DNA of 64,000 nt from Piedraia hortae CBS 480.64 (GCA_010093745.1 MU005985.1:62001-126000), one strand, 5' to 3'; counted from the first letter of the stretch, positions 32,629 through 43,882 are shown. Notes: generated by a model not told the origin, from the letters alone. Made by a program: numbers and translations.

Positions 32629-34155
32629 CTACAAATCAATCAAACTCCCCCCTTGCTGTCCCTGCTGCTGTTGCTGTTGTTTCTGATAAAAAGGATTACT
32701 CCCCGTCTTCGCAGCTTCCAGTCTTCCCATTGATCCCGCGCCCGCACTGTTGATAAACCCCGAGGGGGCGGTATGTTGTGCCGGGATACGCAAGTCTCCG
32801 ACGTTTCCAAAGGTATCTTGTCCCTCGCCTGAGGAGAGGAGCGCGTTGAGTCTTGCTTGGTAGGGATCTTGTGGTTTTGATTGGACGGGTTGCTGTGCAG
32901 GCTGGAAGTTTGAGATGGGGTTTGGACGCGCGGTGGGCTGTTCTTGGATTGGGGGAAAGAGGGTTTGTTGTTGTAGAGGTTTGTGTTGGGTTGTAGGACG
33001 GTGTGTGGCAAAGGGGTTGTTGGAGCCTGTGGGTTGGATTGCTAGGGGGGTGGAGGAAGTGTTGGAGGCCCAGGGGTTGTTTGATCCGGGCTGCGCGGTG
33101 GGCTGTTCGATGAGAGGTTGGGGTTGTGGTGCCTGCGGTTGTGCCCACGGGTTGTACGTGCTTTGGGGTTGCATGTACTGATCATAGCCGTAGCCTGGTT
33201 GCTGGTAGCCGTAGCCGGTGTACATGTTGGTCATTCCCGTGGGCTGGCTGTAGGCGTTTTCGAGATAGCCGGTTGGCTGAGGCTGAGGCTGCTCGACGGG
33301 ATTGCCGAACCAGTCGACAGCGGCTTGTTGCTGATAGCCTTGGTTGTAACCCGTCGGCTGCGGCGCCTGGGCCGGAGTGTCGTCAAAGAGGAGGTTGGCA
33401 TTGTTCTGCTCTTCCAGCTCGCGCCGTCGGGCTTCTTCCTCCTCCTTGCTGAGTTTAAGCGCCTTTTCAAGGTCGGCGTCGTTTTCGGATTGATTGGCCC
33501 GCCGAGCAGCTTCGGCTTCGGCTTCGGATTTGGAGATTGCGATCGCCATGCGGTACTCGGGGTCGTCATCGTCTCGGTTGCGGCGCTCACGACGCGCACT
33601 TCCTTCTTGACGAGGCGACGGGCCGTCCATCTCCTCCAGACCTGCTACGCGCCACTTCCACTGGTTCCGGTTCTTTCGCTCCATCGTCAGTCGCTCCTCG
33701 TCTTGGATCAACGACGTGAGTTGCTTGGCTGACTCCCGGACTGTAAGACGTTAGCATGCTGAATTTCAATGGGAGATGGTTTACATACTGGCATTGCCAA
33801 CATCCCGGCCGGTTTCGTCTATATAGATAAACTCGCGCAGCGTCTTGATGATGTAGATGTTCTTCTGGGCCCAATGCACACACGTCTGGCTGCCCTCGTG
33901 GAGGCAGTAGTCGAGAACCTTGAGGCTCTTCAGCACATGGCGCCAATTCTTACCCTTGTCATTCAGTCGCTTGTCCAGCATGTCCATGATCTCATAAAAG
34001 GTCGTTGCATCATTGCTGTAGGTCATATGCGCAATTTCTTGCATTTCACTGCCGGTCGGACCCCAGGCATCGTTGCTGGTGGCCTTGCGGACTTTGATCT
34101 GTGCCGGCGAATAGCCCTTTGTTACATTTTTGACTGAGCGCAACACATTCGACAT
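32629..34155 (-). CDS. ENT2: Epsin (ENTH, UIM and NPF motifs), about 492 aa, intron 33741-33788
   Basis: ENTH domain RSVKNVTKGYS..ATSNDAWGP..KNWRHVLKSL, two UIM-like helices, QPTG repeats, NPW/NPF motifs and a C-terminal clathrin box (SLIDL). Ent1 versus Ent2 cannot be resolved. Confidence 0.92.
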
Positions 34156-34269
34156 GATCCCGGTGTTCGGAGTTCTGCGGCTGGGGCCAGCGAAACGTCG
34201 ATGACGGCGGAGCGGCCCGTTCCAGGCAGACGTCACCATCATTCACCAATACGCCAGAGTCCAGCAAAA

Positions 34270-35252
34270 ATGCACCGACTGGCTATCCGTCAGCGGGCTC
34301 CTTACCGCCTTGTATCCAGGCCGCTCTACCGCAGCTATACGCAGGAAAAGCCTGCAAAGGATGCCGCACCCGAACATGTCAGCGAGGAGGCAGCCAAGAT
34401 GAGCAAAATCATGGGCAACGAAGGCCCCGATATCCAAGGGCAGGCAACTCCAGTGCAAGACGTAAGTCGTCTCTTTACTACTACAACCCCAGCTAACACT
34501 GGGAGATCCTCAAAGAAGACGAAAACGCGAAGAGGAACGCCCCCAAGGTTCTGAAAGAAGACCTCAAGAGCGGCCACACAGCGCCTCCTCCCAAGACCGG
34601 CACGCGATCCTTTTCCACCTACTCCCGGCGTCTCCTCGAAGTCGCCGTGGCTCCGGACCTCCCCAGCGCCCACGAAACAGTCCAGAGCCACAAATTCCCT
34701 CTACCCCCGCTCCCCCTCCCGCCAAACAGCCACCTCCAACAGCGCTACGACCCACTGGTACAACAGCTCACAAACCTAATGATGCGCGACGGCAAAAAGG
34801 CACGAGCGCAGACGTACATGGCGACCATCCTGGAAGTCCTCCGCACCTCCCCAGCGCCAGTCTATAACCCCGCGCGACCTCTCCTCCCCGGCGCGCCACC
34901 AGCGAGCCATCTACCATTGCATCCAGTCCTCTACCTCGGACTAGCAGTCGACTCAGTCGCACCACTCCTACGGATCAACCACGTCCGCGGCGTAGCAGGA
35001 GGCGGCGCCGCCCTCCCGGTACCAAGCCCTCTGACCCTCCGCCAGCGACGGTGGCGCGCATTCAAATGGATTTTAGAAGCAGCCGAGAAGCGGCAGAACC
35101 GCGGCTCGGGGAAGAAACTCATGTTCCCGCATCGCGTGGCGCAGGAAATCATCGCCGTTGTGGAGGGAAAGTCCTCAGTCTGGGAGAAGAGACAAGCGCT
35201 ACACAAACTCGCGACCACTGCGCGTGCGAACCTAGGGAGGATGAGGCGGTAG
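34270..35252 (+). CDS. RSM7: Mitochondrial ribosomal protein uS7m with an N-terminal extra module, about 312 aa, intron 34462-34505
   Basis: S7 core RYDPLVQQLTNLMMRDGKKARAQ..PSPLTLRQRRWRAFKWIL..QEIIAVVEGKSSVWEKRQALHKLATTARAN. The upstream exon has an Arg-rich presequence and joins in frame through a GTAAGT..GCTAAC..GAG intron. Confidence 0.88.
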
Positions 35253-35336
35253 ATATCCACCATTAGCTAGCTCAAATAAGAATTCGCACGAGTCCCATGC
35301 AATATGCATTCAGCAATGGGAAAGGTATCGCCAATC

Positions 35337-38237
35337 CTACTGCGCAACACCCATTCTCCACCGATCAATCGCATCCCTCTGTCTACTTCCCATTTTCTCA
35401 TCCGTAGTCGTCATCCTCATCGCCGCAGCGCCGTACGTAGGGGTATACTGACCCGACGGCGGCGGGGCGCCTGTAAGTGCCGCGTACGAAGGGGCATGCA
35501 TTGCCGCCGGGGCGGTAACACCCCTTCCCTTCATTACATCGCCCATATCCCTCCCCTTCATCCCCTCCCTCTCCCGCTGCAACCTAGCCCTCCTTTCTCC
35601 CAACGTCTCCTCCCTCTCCCCCTTCAACCGCCTAACCCTCTCCGCGAGGGTCTCGCCCTCATCCCCAGCCATCACCCTCGCCCCATAAAGTCTCGTCCGC
35701 CTACTAGCAAGCGGTTCACTATCCTCCATCTCCCTCTTCTCCATCAACCCCAACGGCCTCTCCCAGTCCCTCCCATCCCCCACTTTGCGCTTATCAGCCA
35801 CCAGCCCGCTTTTTCCGGGGAAGAGGACGCCAAGGGGCACATCGTCGTCTGTGTCGTTCGTCTGGGGTTGGGTTGTGCTGTCCTCCCACGCTAGGGGTGT
35901 GCGTTGCGTGCGGCGTTTGTTGCGGGTTACTTCTTCGACGGCGTCGAGTTGGAGGAGTGTCGAGTGCATCCCATCCGGAAAGGCCGTCGCGGCGGTGCGG
36001 TTGCGCGATTTTTGGTACGCTTTGCGGACTTGGAGTTCCGCCAGGAGGGTTGTTGGGGCCGCGTAGATGGGTTCGGTGTCAGAGGGGAGGTCGTCGTCCT
36101 CGGGGGGTTCCTCGGGGAGGTTGGGCTGGGTCTCGGCGCCTGAGGGGTTGGAGGGGTCTTCGATGGTTTCGACGCCTTCGGCGTTTTGGGCGTGGGCGAC
36201 GAGACCATCGCCGTATTCGTGCTCGATGGGTTCGTGGGATGGGATGGGAGGGAGGATGATGCTCAGACCTTCGCTTGCAGCCACCCGTGGCGAGGTGTCG
36301 ATGTTGTCGAGTTCGTTGGCGATTGAGCCTTGGGACTTTCGTTTTTGGAGTTTCTTTCCACTGGATTTGGGTGTTTCAACTGAGGACTCGGCCCGTCCGA
36401 GCCAGGTGCCGAATATGCTGCCGCGGGACTTTTTTCGTTGTCCTTCTTGGGTTGCTTCGTCGTTTGGGGTTGCTGGCGGAGCGGCGGAGTTGGGTCCGTT
36501 GTATGCTGTTACTGGTGAGATGGCGGCTGCGTTCAACATGTTGTCCAGCGTAGCTACGGCAGAGTCGGACTTGGCCTCGAGGTTGTGAGGGATGCTCTCA
36601 TGATCGAAGAAGATGCTGGCTCTTAGTTGAGGCGGTAATGTGCTCAGCCTCTTTTGACTCTTACCCGGCTGATCAGAGGCTGCTCGACTGGGTTGTGCCA
36701 GCCACGGAGCGGATCGCAGAACCTCTGGCGGTAACTGCTCCAGCATCCGTCTTCGCTGCTCCGCATGGACATTTGATGGTGGGGCCTTGGACAGTCGTTT
36801 AGGCAGAGTCAGTGTCTTTGGCACCGGGGCGGGATAGAAGACTGTGTCCTCGTCTGGCGGAGGCAACACCACCGGTTTTAGCTGGCTGGGAGATGAATGT
36901 AGCATAGATGCAGCGTGTGATGAGAAGCCGTCAGACCAGGTGCGAGCGGGTATACGACGAATCTCGTTGCCATGCTCATCCACTTCCACGATTTCGTCGG
37001 TTGTGGGTGAAAAGTGTACGCCGTCAAAGTCTTTGAATGCCAGTGCCGCCTCTCGCCATGTGCTCGATGTGCCTGGACGCTCAACCTCGCTGCTTGGTTG
37101 GTCACCCAGGATGGAGCCTCCCCTGGATTCATCTCCACCTGGAGCTTCTCTATGTGACAGTGCATCTTCATCAGAGTGTGCATCCGCTCGCTCAATGGCA
37201 TCTGCAATCTCGTTGTATCGTCTTGCCAGCGAATCACCGCTGTGCTGTCTGGATACCGATGGGACAATCAGTTGGTTTAATGACGTCTTGCTTGGCTGTT
37301 CTGACGGCTCATAATTATGCTCAGCAGAACTCTGTGGACTGGACAGGCCGTGAACGAGGCGGTCTTGGCTTGGCTGGCTGGACATCTGATGACCTGGTTG
37401 GCCATGTAGCACTTCCCTACTCGACTGACCCGATAGCGCTCTCTCAAGCTGAACGTAGCTCGGCGGGCTTGACAGATGTTGATCCTGACTGGACAGATGC
37501 TCTTGACTCAGATGACTGGACCGCTCCGGCTCTTCCCAGCTGAATAGGCTGTCTGGTCCGGAAGGCGTCCTCTGCTGGCTCCGAGTCACCAAACTGGCAT
37601 TGTGCAGCCTCGGCGAGGAGAGACTCGACTTGACCGATCTCACACTGTGCGCCCTCTCGGGAGCTTCCTCGCCGTCATCCGCTATGAAAGTACCACCTTC
37701 CTCTTTCTTCCCATCATCCCTCGGCATCTCCTCCGTGGACGTCTCCTCACTGGGCATCTTCTCTCTTGGCGTCTCCTTGGAAACTCCCTCCTCCTCCTCC
37801 TCCTCCTCCTCCTCCTCCTCCTCCTCGTCATCATCATCACCATCATCAGCACCATGATAAATCGACCCGCTACAACTGCCCTGCTCATGTATATCCTCCT
37901 CATGTACATCCTCGACGCGCGGCTGATGGAGCAGATGAACTCTACTCCCATCCTCTTCCACGTCTGGCCGCCCTTCCATGCGCAACTGATGGTTTCTGCT
38001 GCCATCCTCCCCCTCAAACCCCTCCTCCGCCTGCTCATACACTGAGGGAGCGTCACTCTCAAAACTATGCCGTTGGGATGCATCTCCCTGACGACTCCTC
38101 CGTCCGAATATCCCCTCATCATTAGGTAGCGCGCCCCCTTTCTCCCCAAATCGTTCTCCTGGAGTCCCAATTGTCAAATCATCCAACCCCAAAGCAAGAC
38201 TCTGCTCAAGCGCATGGCCGCGGAGCCCTAGCGCCAT
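35337..38237 (-). CDS. Fungal protein of unknown function, 966 aa, largely disordered
   Basis: Long intact ORF with an acidic poly-E region and motif-like blocks: FYPAPVPKTLTLPKRLS, LPPQLRASIFF, PTTLLAELQVRK..GMHSTLLQLDAV, DDDVPLGVLF and C-terminal IDRWRMGV. Confidence 0.8.
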   Translation of the reverse strand: MALGLRGHALEQSLALGLDDLTIGTPGERFGEKGGALPNDEGIFGRRSRQGDASQRHSFESDAPSVYEQAEEGFEGEDGSRNHQLRMEGRPDVEEDGSRVHLLHQPRVEDVHEEDIHEQGSCSGSIYHGADDGDDDDEEEEEEEEEEEEEGVSKETPREKMPSEETSTEEMPRDDGKKEEGGTFIADDGEEAPERAHSVRSVKSSLSSPRLHNASLVTRSQQRTPSGPDSLFSWEEPERSSHLSQEHLSSQDQHLSSPPSYVQLERALSGQSSREVLHGQPGHQMSSQPSQDRLVHGLSSPQSSAEHNYEPSEQPSKTSLNQLIVPSVSRQHSGDSLARRYNEIADAIERADAHSDEDALSHREAPGGDESRGGSILGDQPSSEVERPGTSSTWREAALAFKDFDGVHFSPTTDEIVEVDEHGNEIRRIPARTWSDGFSSHAASMLHSSPSQLKPVVLPPPDEDTVFYPAPVPKTLTLPKRLSKAPPSNVHAEQRRRMLEQLPPEVLRSAPWLAQPSRAASDQPGKSQKRLSTLPPQLRASIFFDHESIPHNLEAKSDSAVATLDNMLNAAAISPVTAYNGPNSAAPPATPNDEATQEGQRKKSRGSIFGTWLGRAESSVETPKSSGKKLQKRKSQGSIANELDNIDTSPRVAASEGLSIILPPIPSHEPIEHEYGDGLVAHAQNAEGVETIEDPSNPSGAETQPNLPEEPPEDDDLPSDTEPIYAAPTTLLAELQVRKAYQKSRNRTAATAFPDGMHSTLLQLDAVEEVTRNKRRTQRTPLAWEDSTTQPQTNDTDDDVPLGVLFPGKSGLVADKRKVGDGRDWERPLGLMEKREMEDSEPLASRRTRLYGARVMAGDEGETLAERVRRLKGEREETLGERRARLQREREGMKGRDMGDVMKGRGVTAPAAMHAPSYAALTGAPPPSGQYTPTYGAAAMRMTTTDEKMGSRQRDAIDRWRMGVAQ
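37788..37826. repeat. (CTC)n trinucleotide repeat encoding poly-Glu on the minus strand
   Basis: Directly visible, about 13 units. Confidence 0.9.
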
Positions 38238-39566
38238 TGTCGTTCGTCCGGCCTTCCTTGTCGCGTTTCGCCCTGTGTCCTCCCCGTCGTTGTCAATTCC
38301 AATTCCAATGAACGAAGAATGGGGTATGTTTTAAGCGAAAACAACGCGAGCCGGAGTTGTTATGATGGGTTGTTCATCAAAACGTTGATAAGCGTTGACA
38401 ACGTTATCACATGTTAGATTTGGTGCATGACGCCAGGGGGGGATAATAGATAGGATTCTATGTACTGTGTCCGCTGCGTTGACTTGCAGCGTGTAGGTAG
38501 AGGTTGAGATATAAGTTGGAATGGGGTGTGCAGGGGGTCATGTGGACAATGGATAGTGGACTGGATAGCGGACTGCCAACACCACCAGGGCAGCTGGGTA
38601 CAGGAGGTACTTGATGAAGTGGATTGACTTCTAGTAGGCACATGTTCGACGGTATACCCTGCATTGGACAAGATGATACTGCAGTGCAGCTTGGTAGGGG
38701 TAAGGTCTGGGAAACATGATCTTCTCGTGCAGGTTTGCATGATCGGGAGATTGGGGAGCGGGAGGGCGACATGGTTTCCATGTGCATGATTTGGGATAGA
38801 TGATAGTGGTATCTACTGGGAGTCTTCTTCTCAGCTTGTTTCTAGCCACTAGGTTGTTCCTCCGCTGGAGGGTAAATCCCCTCAGGAACCTGGCTTGCTT
38901 GCCTTTGTCATTTTCCTCCTTTAATGCTGTCTATCGAGATAATGACAGCTAGGCCTCCGCTGGGTGGACAACATTAAGACACATTAGGCTACCCAGAGTT
39001 GGCAATATGTCCAATGCAGCATCTCCACGGATTAAAGATCAACGAAGGTATGTATACCTGTCCCAGTTTTGAGTCTTTACATTTCCTTCTTGCTTGGGTA
39101 GTCATAGCCTACCTGTCAGGTGAGAGGGCCAGCAGTCCTGGAACGTTGCATCAGGATTGATTAGTCGTAAGTCCGTCCACTTTGCCCCATCGGCCATTTT
39201 GAGGACGACGTAGATTTAGGGTAAAATTCAGCGAACAAATCAATGGGACATGGAGATTAACATTTTTGGCAGGAAACAGGTTGCGGTTCAATTGTTCAAG
39301 GGCTGCTTTGGAACGTGAATGGGTAATCGTGAGGTTAGATAGAATTTAAGTCATAAAGCTGCATTTTGTCTTCAAGTCATACAGTATGCATAGGTGCTAC
39401 AGGAGGATTGAATTTGCCATCTTCGCAAACGCCCAAAGTACCTCAGATGCCGCCGAGTTAGAACCCATCAGAAATCGCATCTACCAAAAGTACACTTCTT
39501 CTATCGCGAGCAACATCTACAAATACACGTTGCCACCTCGTTAACAAAAAGAACATCGAGCCGTGA

Positions 39567-39660
39567 CGTCACCTGCAGGATTCGAACCTACGCACCCGAA
39601 GGTACTGCCTTACGTGGTATAAATAGCAGGGCAGCGCGTTAACCACTCCGCCAAAGTGAC
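39567..39660 (-). tRNA. tRNA-Ser(GCT) with a 13-nt intron
   Basis: Reverse complement: acceptor stem GTCACTT/AGGTGAC plus discriminator G, D-loop AGTGGTTAA, anticodon stem CTGCC/GGCAG with loop CT-GCT-A[intron tttataccacgta]A, long variable arm, and T-arm GTAGG-TTCGAAT-CCTGC. A T-run Pol III terminator lies downstream (39546-39550). Confidence 0.95.
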
Positions 39661-40299
39661 TTGTTGTCATGCTGTCATGACAGGCGCAAGGGAGATGAAG
39701 TTGTGCGGGGAAGAGGGTGTGGGGAAAGTGACCTCGCGGGGATTTGGATCCCCCACGACCAACATCAGACCTCACAGACATCATGAGAGCGCAGCAGACA
39801 CTATGAAGCGCATGCAACATTACATGGATCAGGACAAGCGCTCAATGATATAGCAGTCAAGACCGCGCGGGCGGCTGACATCTATTCCTGGGAATGTGTA
39901 ACACCCTCGGCGGTTAAGACCTACCTCACTTATGCGGTCGGCCACGCACGCGCGCGGGCGGCTATATAGGCATATTCCACCTGCCAAATGTCTATTCATA
40001 GTTCCTATACGGCCTTTCTGTTTCAGTTCAACATTTCCGAGGCTCTACGAATGGAAGTGTCTTGTGAGACCGCCACACTAAACATGATGAACCGCGCGCG
40101 CCATACTGCCAAGGTTGCGGATATATACCCCCTCCTTCCCGGACATCACTAGATAATCGAACCAAACAAATACAAACCGTGACGCGTCTATTCTTTACCA
40201 ACAACATTTCCTTCGTTCTGTGGAATCACAAGCGCACGCGACGCCACACACCCACAACCCTCCAGCGGTTTTCCTTTCTTCCGATCTTTCTTTCCAGCA

Positions 40300-41529
40300 A
40301 TGGCGAAATACCTCCTCCTCCCCCTCCTCGCCTGCACAGCAGCAGCACTCGACCTGGACACCTCATCCACTCCCTCAATCCTCTCCGCGACCGAAAAACT
40401 CGCCTACGACTTAATGTCATGGTATCACAACAACCTCACCACCACGCCCGCAGACCTCGTGGGCACCCTCCCCCTCATGTCATGGTACTGGTGGGAAGCC
40501 GGCGCCTTATGGGGTGGCATGATCGACCACTGGGCGTACACCGACGACTGGAGCTACACCCCCGACATCCAAAAAGCCCTCCTCGCGCAACAAGGGCCAG
40601 ACAAAGACTTCATGCCTCCCGCCTACTATGGCTCCATGGGTAACGACGACCAAGCCTTTTGGGCGTTCGCCGCCCTCGCAGCCGTAGAATACGGCTTCCC
40701 CGTCCCCGCCGGAAGTCCCGGCACGACCTGGCTTGACCTCGCAGATAAAGTCTACACCGAGCAGCGCGGGAGGTGGGACACATCCTCCTGCGGCGGGGGG
40801 CTAAAATGGCAAGTTTTCGAAAGCAGTAAAGGGTGGGACTACAAGAACAGCGTTTCGAACGGTGCGTTTTTCCAAATCGCTGCGCGGCTGGGGCGGTTTA
40901 CGAACGGAGGGGGGGATTACCTCCCCTGGGCGGAGAAGACGTGGGATTGGATGGAACGGGTTGGGCTGATTGATGATGAGTACAATGTTTTCGATGGAAC
41001 GAATGATTTGAATGACTGCAGTGATGTTAATCATGTGGCTTGGTCGTATAATCCCGCGATTGTGCTGTATGGGGCCGCGATGATGTGGAATCAGACTGGG
41101 GAAGACAAGTGGGCCACTAGGACAAGAGGGTTGGTGGAGGCGTGTAAGAGGACCTTTTTCAGTCCGTTCCCGAATGCGACGGGGGTTATGTTTGAGTTTG
41201 CGTGCGAGAGGGAGGGGACGTGTGATAACGATCAACTGTCGTTTAAGGCTTACATGGCGAGGTTTATGGCCAAAGCGGCGAAGATTGCGCCCGAGTTGGT
41301 GTTGGATGAGGTGAGAGAGTTGTTGACCGCGACGGCACGGGCGGTGGCGTTGGCGTGCACCGGACCGGCGGATGGGCATATGTGTGGACAGAAATGGTAT
41401 GTAGGAGGGTATGATGGACATGGAGGGATTGGGGAGGCGATGAGCGCGTTGGAATCGGTGCAGAGTTTGCTGCTACTGGACAGTCAGAGGAAGTTGCTGT
41501 CTATGAAGGACTTGGAGTTGTTGCATTAG
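40300..41529 (+). CDS. GH76 alpha-1,6-mannanase/transglycosylase (Dfg5/Dcw1 family)
   Basis: Signal peptide, YWWEAGALWG, catalytic GNDDQAFW, CGGGLKWQ, YKNSVSNGAFFQIAARL, WSYN and DQLSFKAY. Confidence 0.93.
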   Translation: MAKYLLLPLLACTAAALDLDTSSTPSILSATEKLAYDLMSWYHNNLTTTPADLVGTLPLMSWYWWEAGALWGGMIDHWAYTDDWSYTPDIQKALLAQQGPDKDFMPPAYYGSMGNDDQAFWAFAALAAVEYGFPVPAGSPGTTWLDLADKVYTEQRGRWDTSSCGGGLKWQVFESSKGWDYKNSVSNGAFFQIAARLGRFTNGGGDYLPWAEKTWDWMERVGLIDDEYNVFDGTNDLNDCSDVNHVAWSYNPAIVLYGAAMMWNQTGEDKWATRTRGLVEACKRTFFSPFPNATGVMFEFACEREGTCDNDQLSFKAYMARFMAKAAKIAPELVLDEVRELLTATARAVALACTGPADGHMCGQKWYVGGYDGHGGIGEAMSALESVQSLLLLDSQRKLLSMKDLELLH

Positions 41530-41651
41530 CGTTTTTGTATTCTACTTTGATTCATTAGGCTTTGTACTTTGAACATCATTAAGCGTTCTACTTGTGTATA
41601 AACATTACCGCTTCTTGAACGTTTTAACATTACTGCCTGCACTGTACAGCG

Positions 41652-42349
41652 TCACGTCATTAATAAACCCCCCACCGCGATCGAAACGAGCATTAGCATC
41701 AAGGCAACGCCGACTCTTTGTGCATCGGCCGCAACGATCAGGACATTCCCACAATTGCCTCGAGCAACAGCGGGCAAGTTCGGGCCTCGGGCCGTAATAG
41801 TCAAGCAGTAACCTTGTTGTTGCTCGCCACCGTTCTGCTGACTAGTGACGACGGTAGTGACCGTCAGCGGCGTTGTATAACCCGCGGGAACGACAACAAC
41901 ACTCCCATACATAGGCGTTGTCGGCGAGGGCTGGATATATGTAGTCGAAGGAGCCACCCACGTCGTGCTTGGAGCCCACCCCCCAACAGCAGCAGCAGCA
42001 CCACCACCTGCATTGGCCCATCCATTACACGTTTGTCCCTCGGGACAGCATCCCACTTGACTGTTCGCCCATGCACAATAATTCCCACTCGGACAGCACC
42101 TATATCAAAAAAGAAAACAAAAATCAACACCAAGCAACCTCAAAATCCACAAAAAAAGACTCACGAATCAGGCTGCTGAATATTGGTACAGCTGATGGGA
42201 TGATCAGCCGGACATTGTGCCTGCACGGCGGGGGACCCCGTTCCTCCTCCTCCTCCAACCGTAACCGCACCGGAGAAATAATACGTCTGCTGGGCTTGAA
42301 TCGGAGCGACAAGGACGGCAGCAAGCGCCGTGAGAACAAAGGCAATCAT
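41652..42349 (-). CDS. Small Cys-rich, probably GPI-anchored cell-surface protein, about 210 aa, intron 42100-42164
   Basis: Signal peptide, CP..SC..CCPSGNYC..GCCPEGQTC after splicing, Thr-rich linker, GYCLTITARGP..GNCG and a hydrophobic C-terminus. Confidence 0.78.
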
Positions 42350-42579
42350 GATGCCTCGTGGGAGAATCGACGCGCAGCTTGTTTGCAGAGTACCTGCGCT
42401 AGTCGTCCACGCGACCAGCCACGTGCAATTTGCATTGACGTGTGGCTGGTGGTGATCTTCCAGAATCCGGGATAATCTCGGGGGGTTACGGAAATTCCCC
42501 GTCGCCCAAGAAGGAGGAAGTCGCTCGCGACGCGCGATTTTTTGACGTCCAGCGATGAGGCCTAAATGACGATAATCAG

Positions 42580-43314
42580 ATGGAATTCTACCCAGCCCGT
42601 TTCTTCACGGCTTCGAAAAGTTATAATGAGTGGAATCGGTTGAGTATCAAGGATGTCATTACCCTGCGCACGTTAGCGGGTCTGGGCTTCCAGCAGGTGT
42701 ACTATTACTTGAATCATCCGATTCAGTACGTGCGCGTTGTGGGTGTTGTGGTGGATATTGAGCAGTTTTGCGAGGGCAAGTTTACGGTTTTGACTATTGA
42801 AGATGGGAGCGGGGAATCGATCGAGGTCAGGATCACGGCGAGGCAGGGTGATGATTTTGCTGCTCCGTCGAATACGACTGTGGATAACGTGAATGCTTAC
42901 GTGCATCTGGGGCTTCCTCTCGTTAAGCTGAATGGTTGTGACGTTGTCGTTGGGAGTGTGGTTAAGGTAAAGGCTACGATTAGAGTCTTTAGGAAACAGA
43001 AACAGCTTGAGTTGAAGAGATTGTTTTTCGTCAATGATACTGCCGCTGAGATGAAGGCGTGGGAGGAGACGGCTGCGTGGAAGCGGGATGTTCTTGGCAA
43101 GCCGTGGAAGCTTACAAGGGAAGAGATGCGCGAGGTTGATGACAAGTTGAGAATAGAAGATGAAAGGAGATTTGAGAAGAGGAAAAAGACGGCTAGATAT
43201 GAGCAGAAATTAAAGGAGAGGGGGTTGAAAAAGGAGCAGAAGAGGGCAGCCCAGGAGAGGGAGTTTGATGCAGGTGCTTTACCAGGCAGTAGCAGGCTTC
43301 CGCTGCCGTGGTGA
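42580..43314 (+). CDS. STN1: OB-fold telomere-capping protein Stn1 (CST complex)-like
   Basis: FYPARFF..YYYLNHPIQYVRVVGVVV..LTIEDGSGESIEV..VGSVVKVKATI..KQLELKRL..EMKAW..VLGKPW, followed by a basic helical tail. ACGCG motifs lie upstream. Confidence 0.75.
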   Translation: MEFYPARFFTASKSYNEWNRLSIKDVITLRTLAGLGFQQVYYYLNHPIQYVRVVGVVVDIEQFCEGKFTVLTIEDGSGESIEVRITARQGDDFAAPSNTTVDNVNAYVHLGLPLVKLNGCDVVVGSVVKVKATIRVFRKQKQLELKRLFFVNDTAAEMKAWEETAAWKRDVLGKPWKLTREEMREVDDKLRIEDERRFEKRKKTARYEQKLKERGLKKEQKRAAQEREFDAGALPGSSRLPLPW

Positions 43315-43399
43315 TGTCTGCCTGCTGTATTAACCGTATGCTTCATGTTGTACTATTATCCGAATGCTTCATGTACTTTCAATCCGCATGCTTCGTGTA

Positions 43400-43882
43400 C
43401 TACTTCCTATGTCCGGCTGTGGCCACGGCGAGAATCTCAAACTCCATGCCCGGTACGTGTACCATCTGGATGCCTGCTTCTCGGAGCTTCTTCTCGCCCT
43501 CGTTGACGCCAACAAATGTTTCCGGTTCACGGACACCGACATAAACTGTCTTAATGGCAGGTGAACCGTCTTCGCGTTTTAGAGCACTAATGCGGTCTAC
43601 GCAGGGCGTATTTCCCACGCTCCGTTTGTTGCACGGCTCCATGGTAGTGTAGAGCACAGTGCCCTCTGGAAGACGAGGGCCTAAATCTTCCACTGTGCAC
43701 CCGTACTGCTGCGCCAGTTTAATGAAGCACGACTGCTCTGCATGAGTGTTGCCTTCGCACTCCAACGTGTAACCCGTGACGAGAACCTCATCGCCCTCGG
43801 CCAGACAAGCACCGACACAAAAGTTTGTTGGTTTGGGCGGCGACTTCTTTGCTTCTTCTAGCGCGCGTCTCATGTGCTGCAT
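43400..43882 (-). CDS. Stand-alone cytidine-deaminase-fold protein (Rib2-type DRAP deaminase, riboflavin pathway)
   Basis: SPPKPTNFCVGA, TGYTLECEGNTHAEQ (HAE), LYTTMEPCNKRSVGNTPC and VYVGVREPETFV. First in-frame ATG is at 43882. Confidence 0.82.
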   Translation of the reverse strand: MQHMRRALEEAKKSPPKPTNFCVGACLAEGDEVLVTGYTLECEGNTHAEQSCFIKLAQQYGCTVEDLGPRLPEGTVLYTTMEPCNKRSVGNTPCVDRISALKREDGSPAIKTVYVGVREPETFVGVNEGEKKLREAGIQMVHVPGMEFEILAVATAGHRK

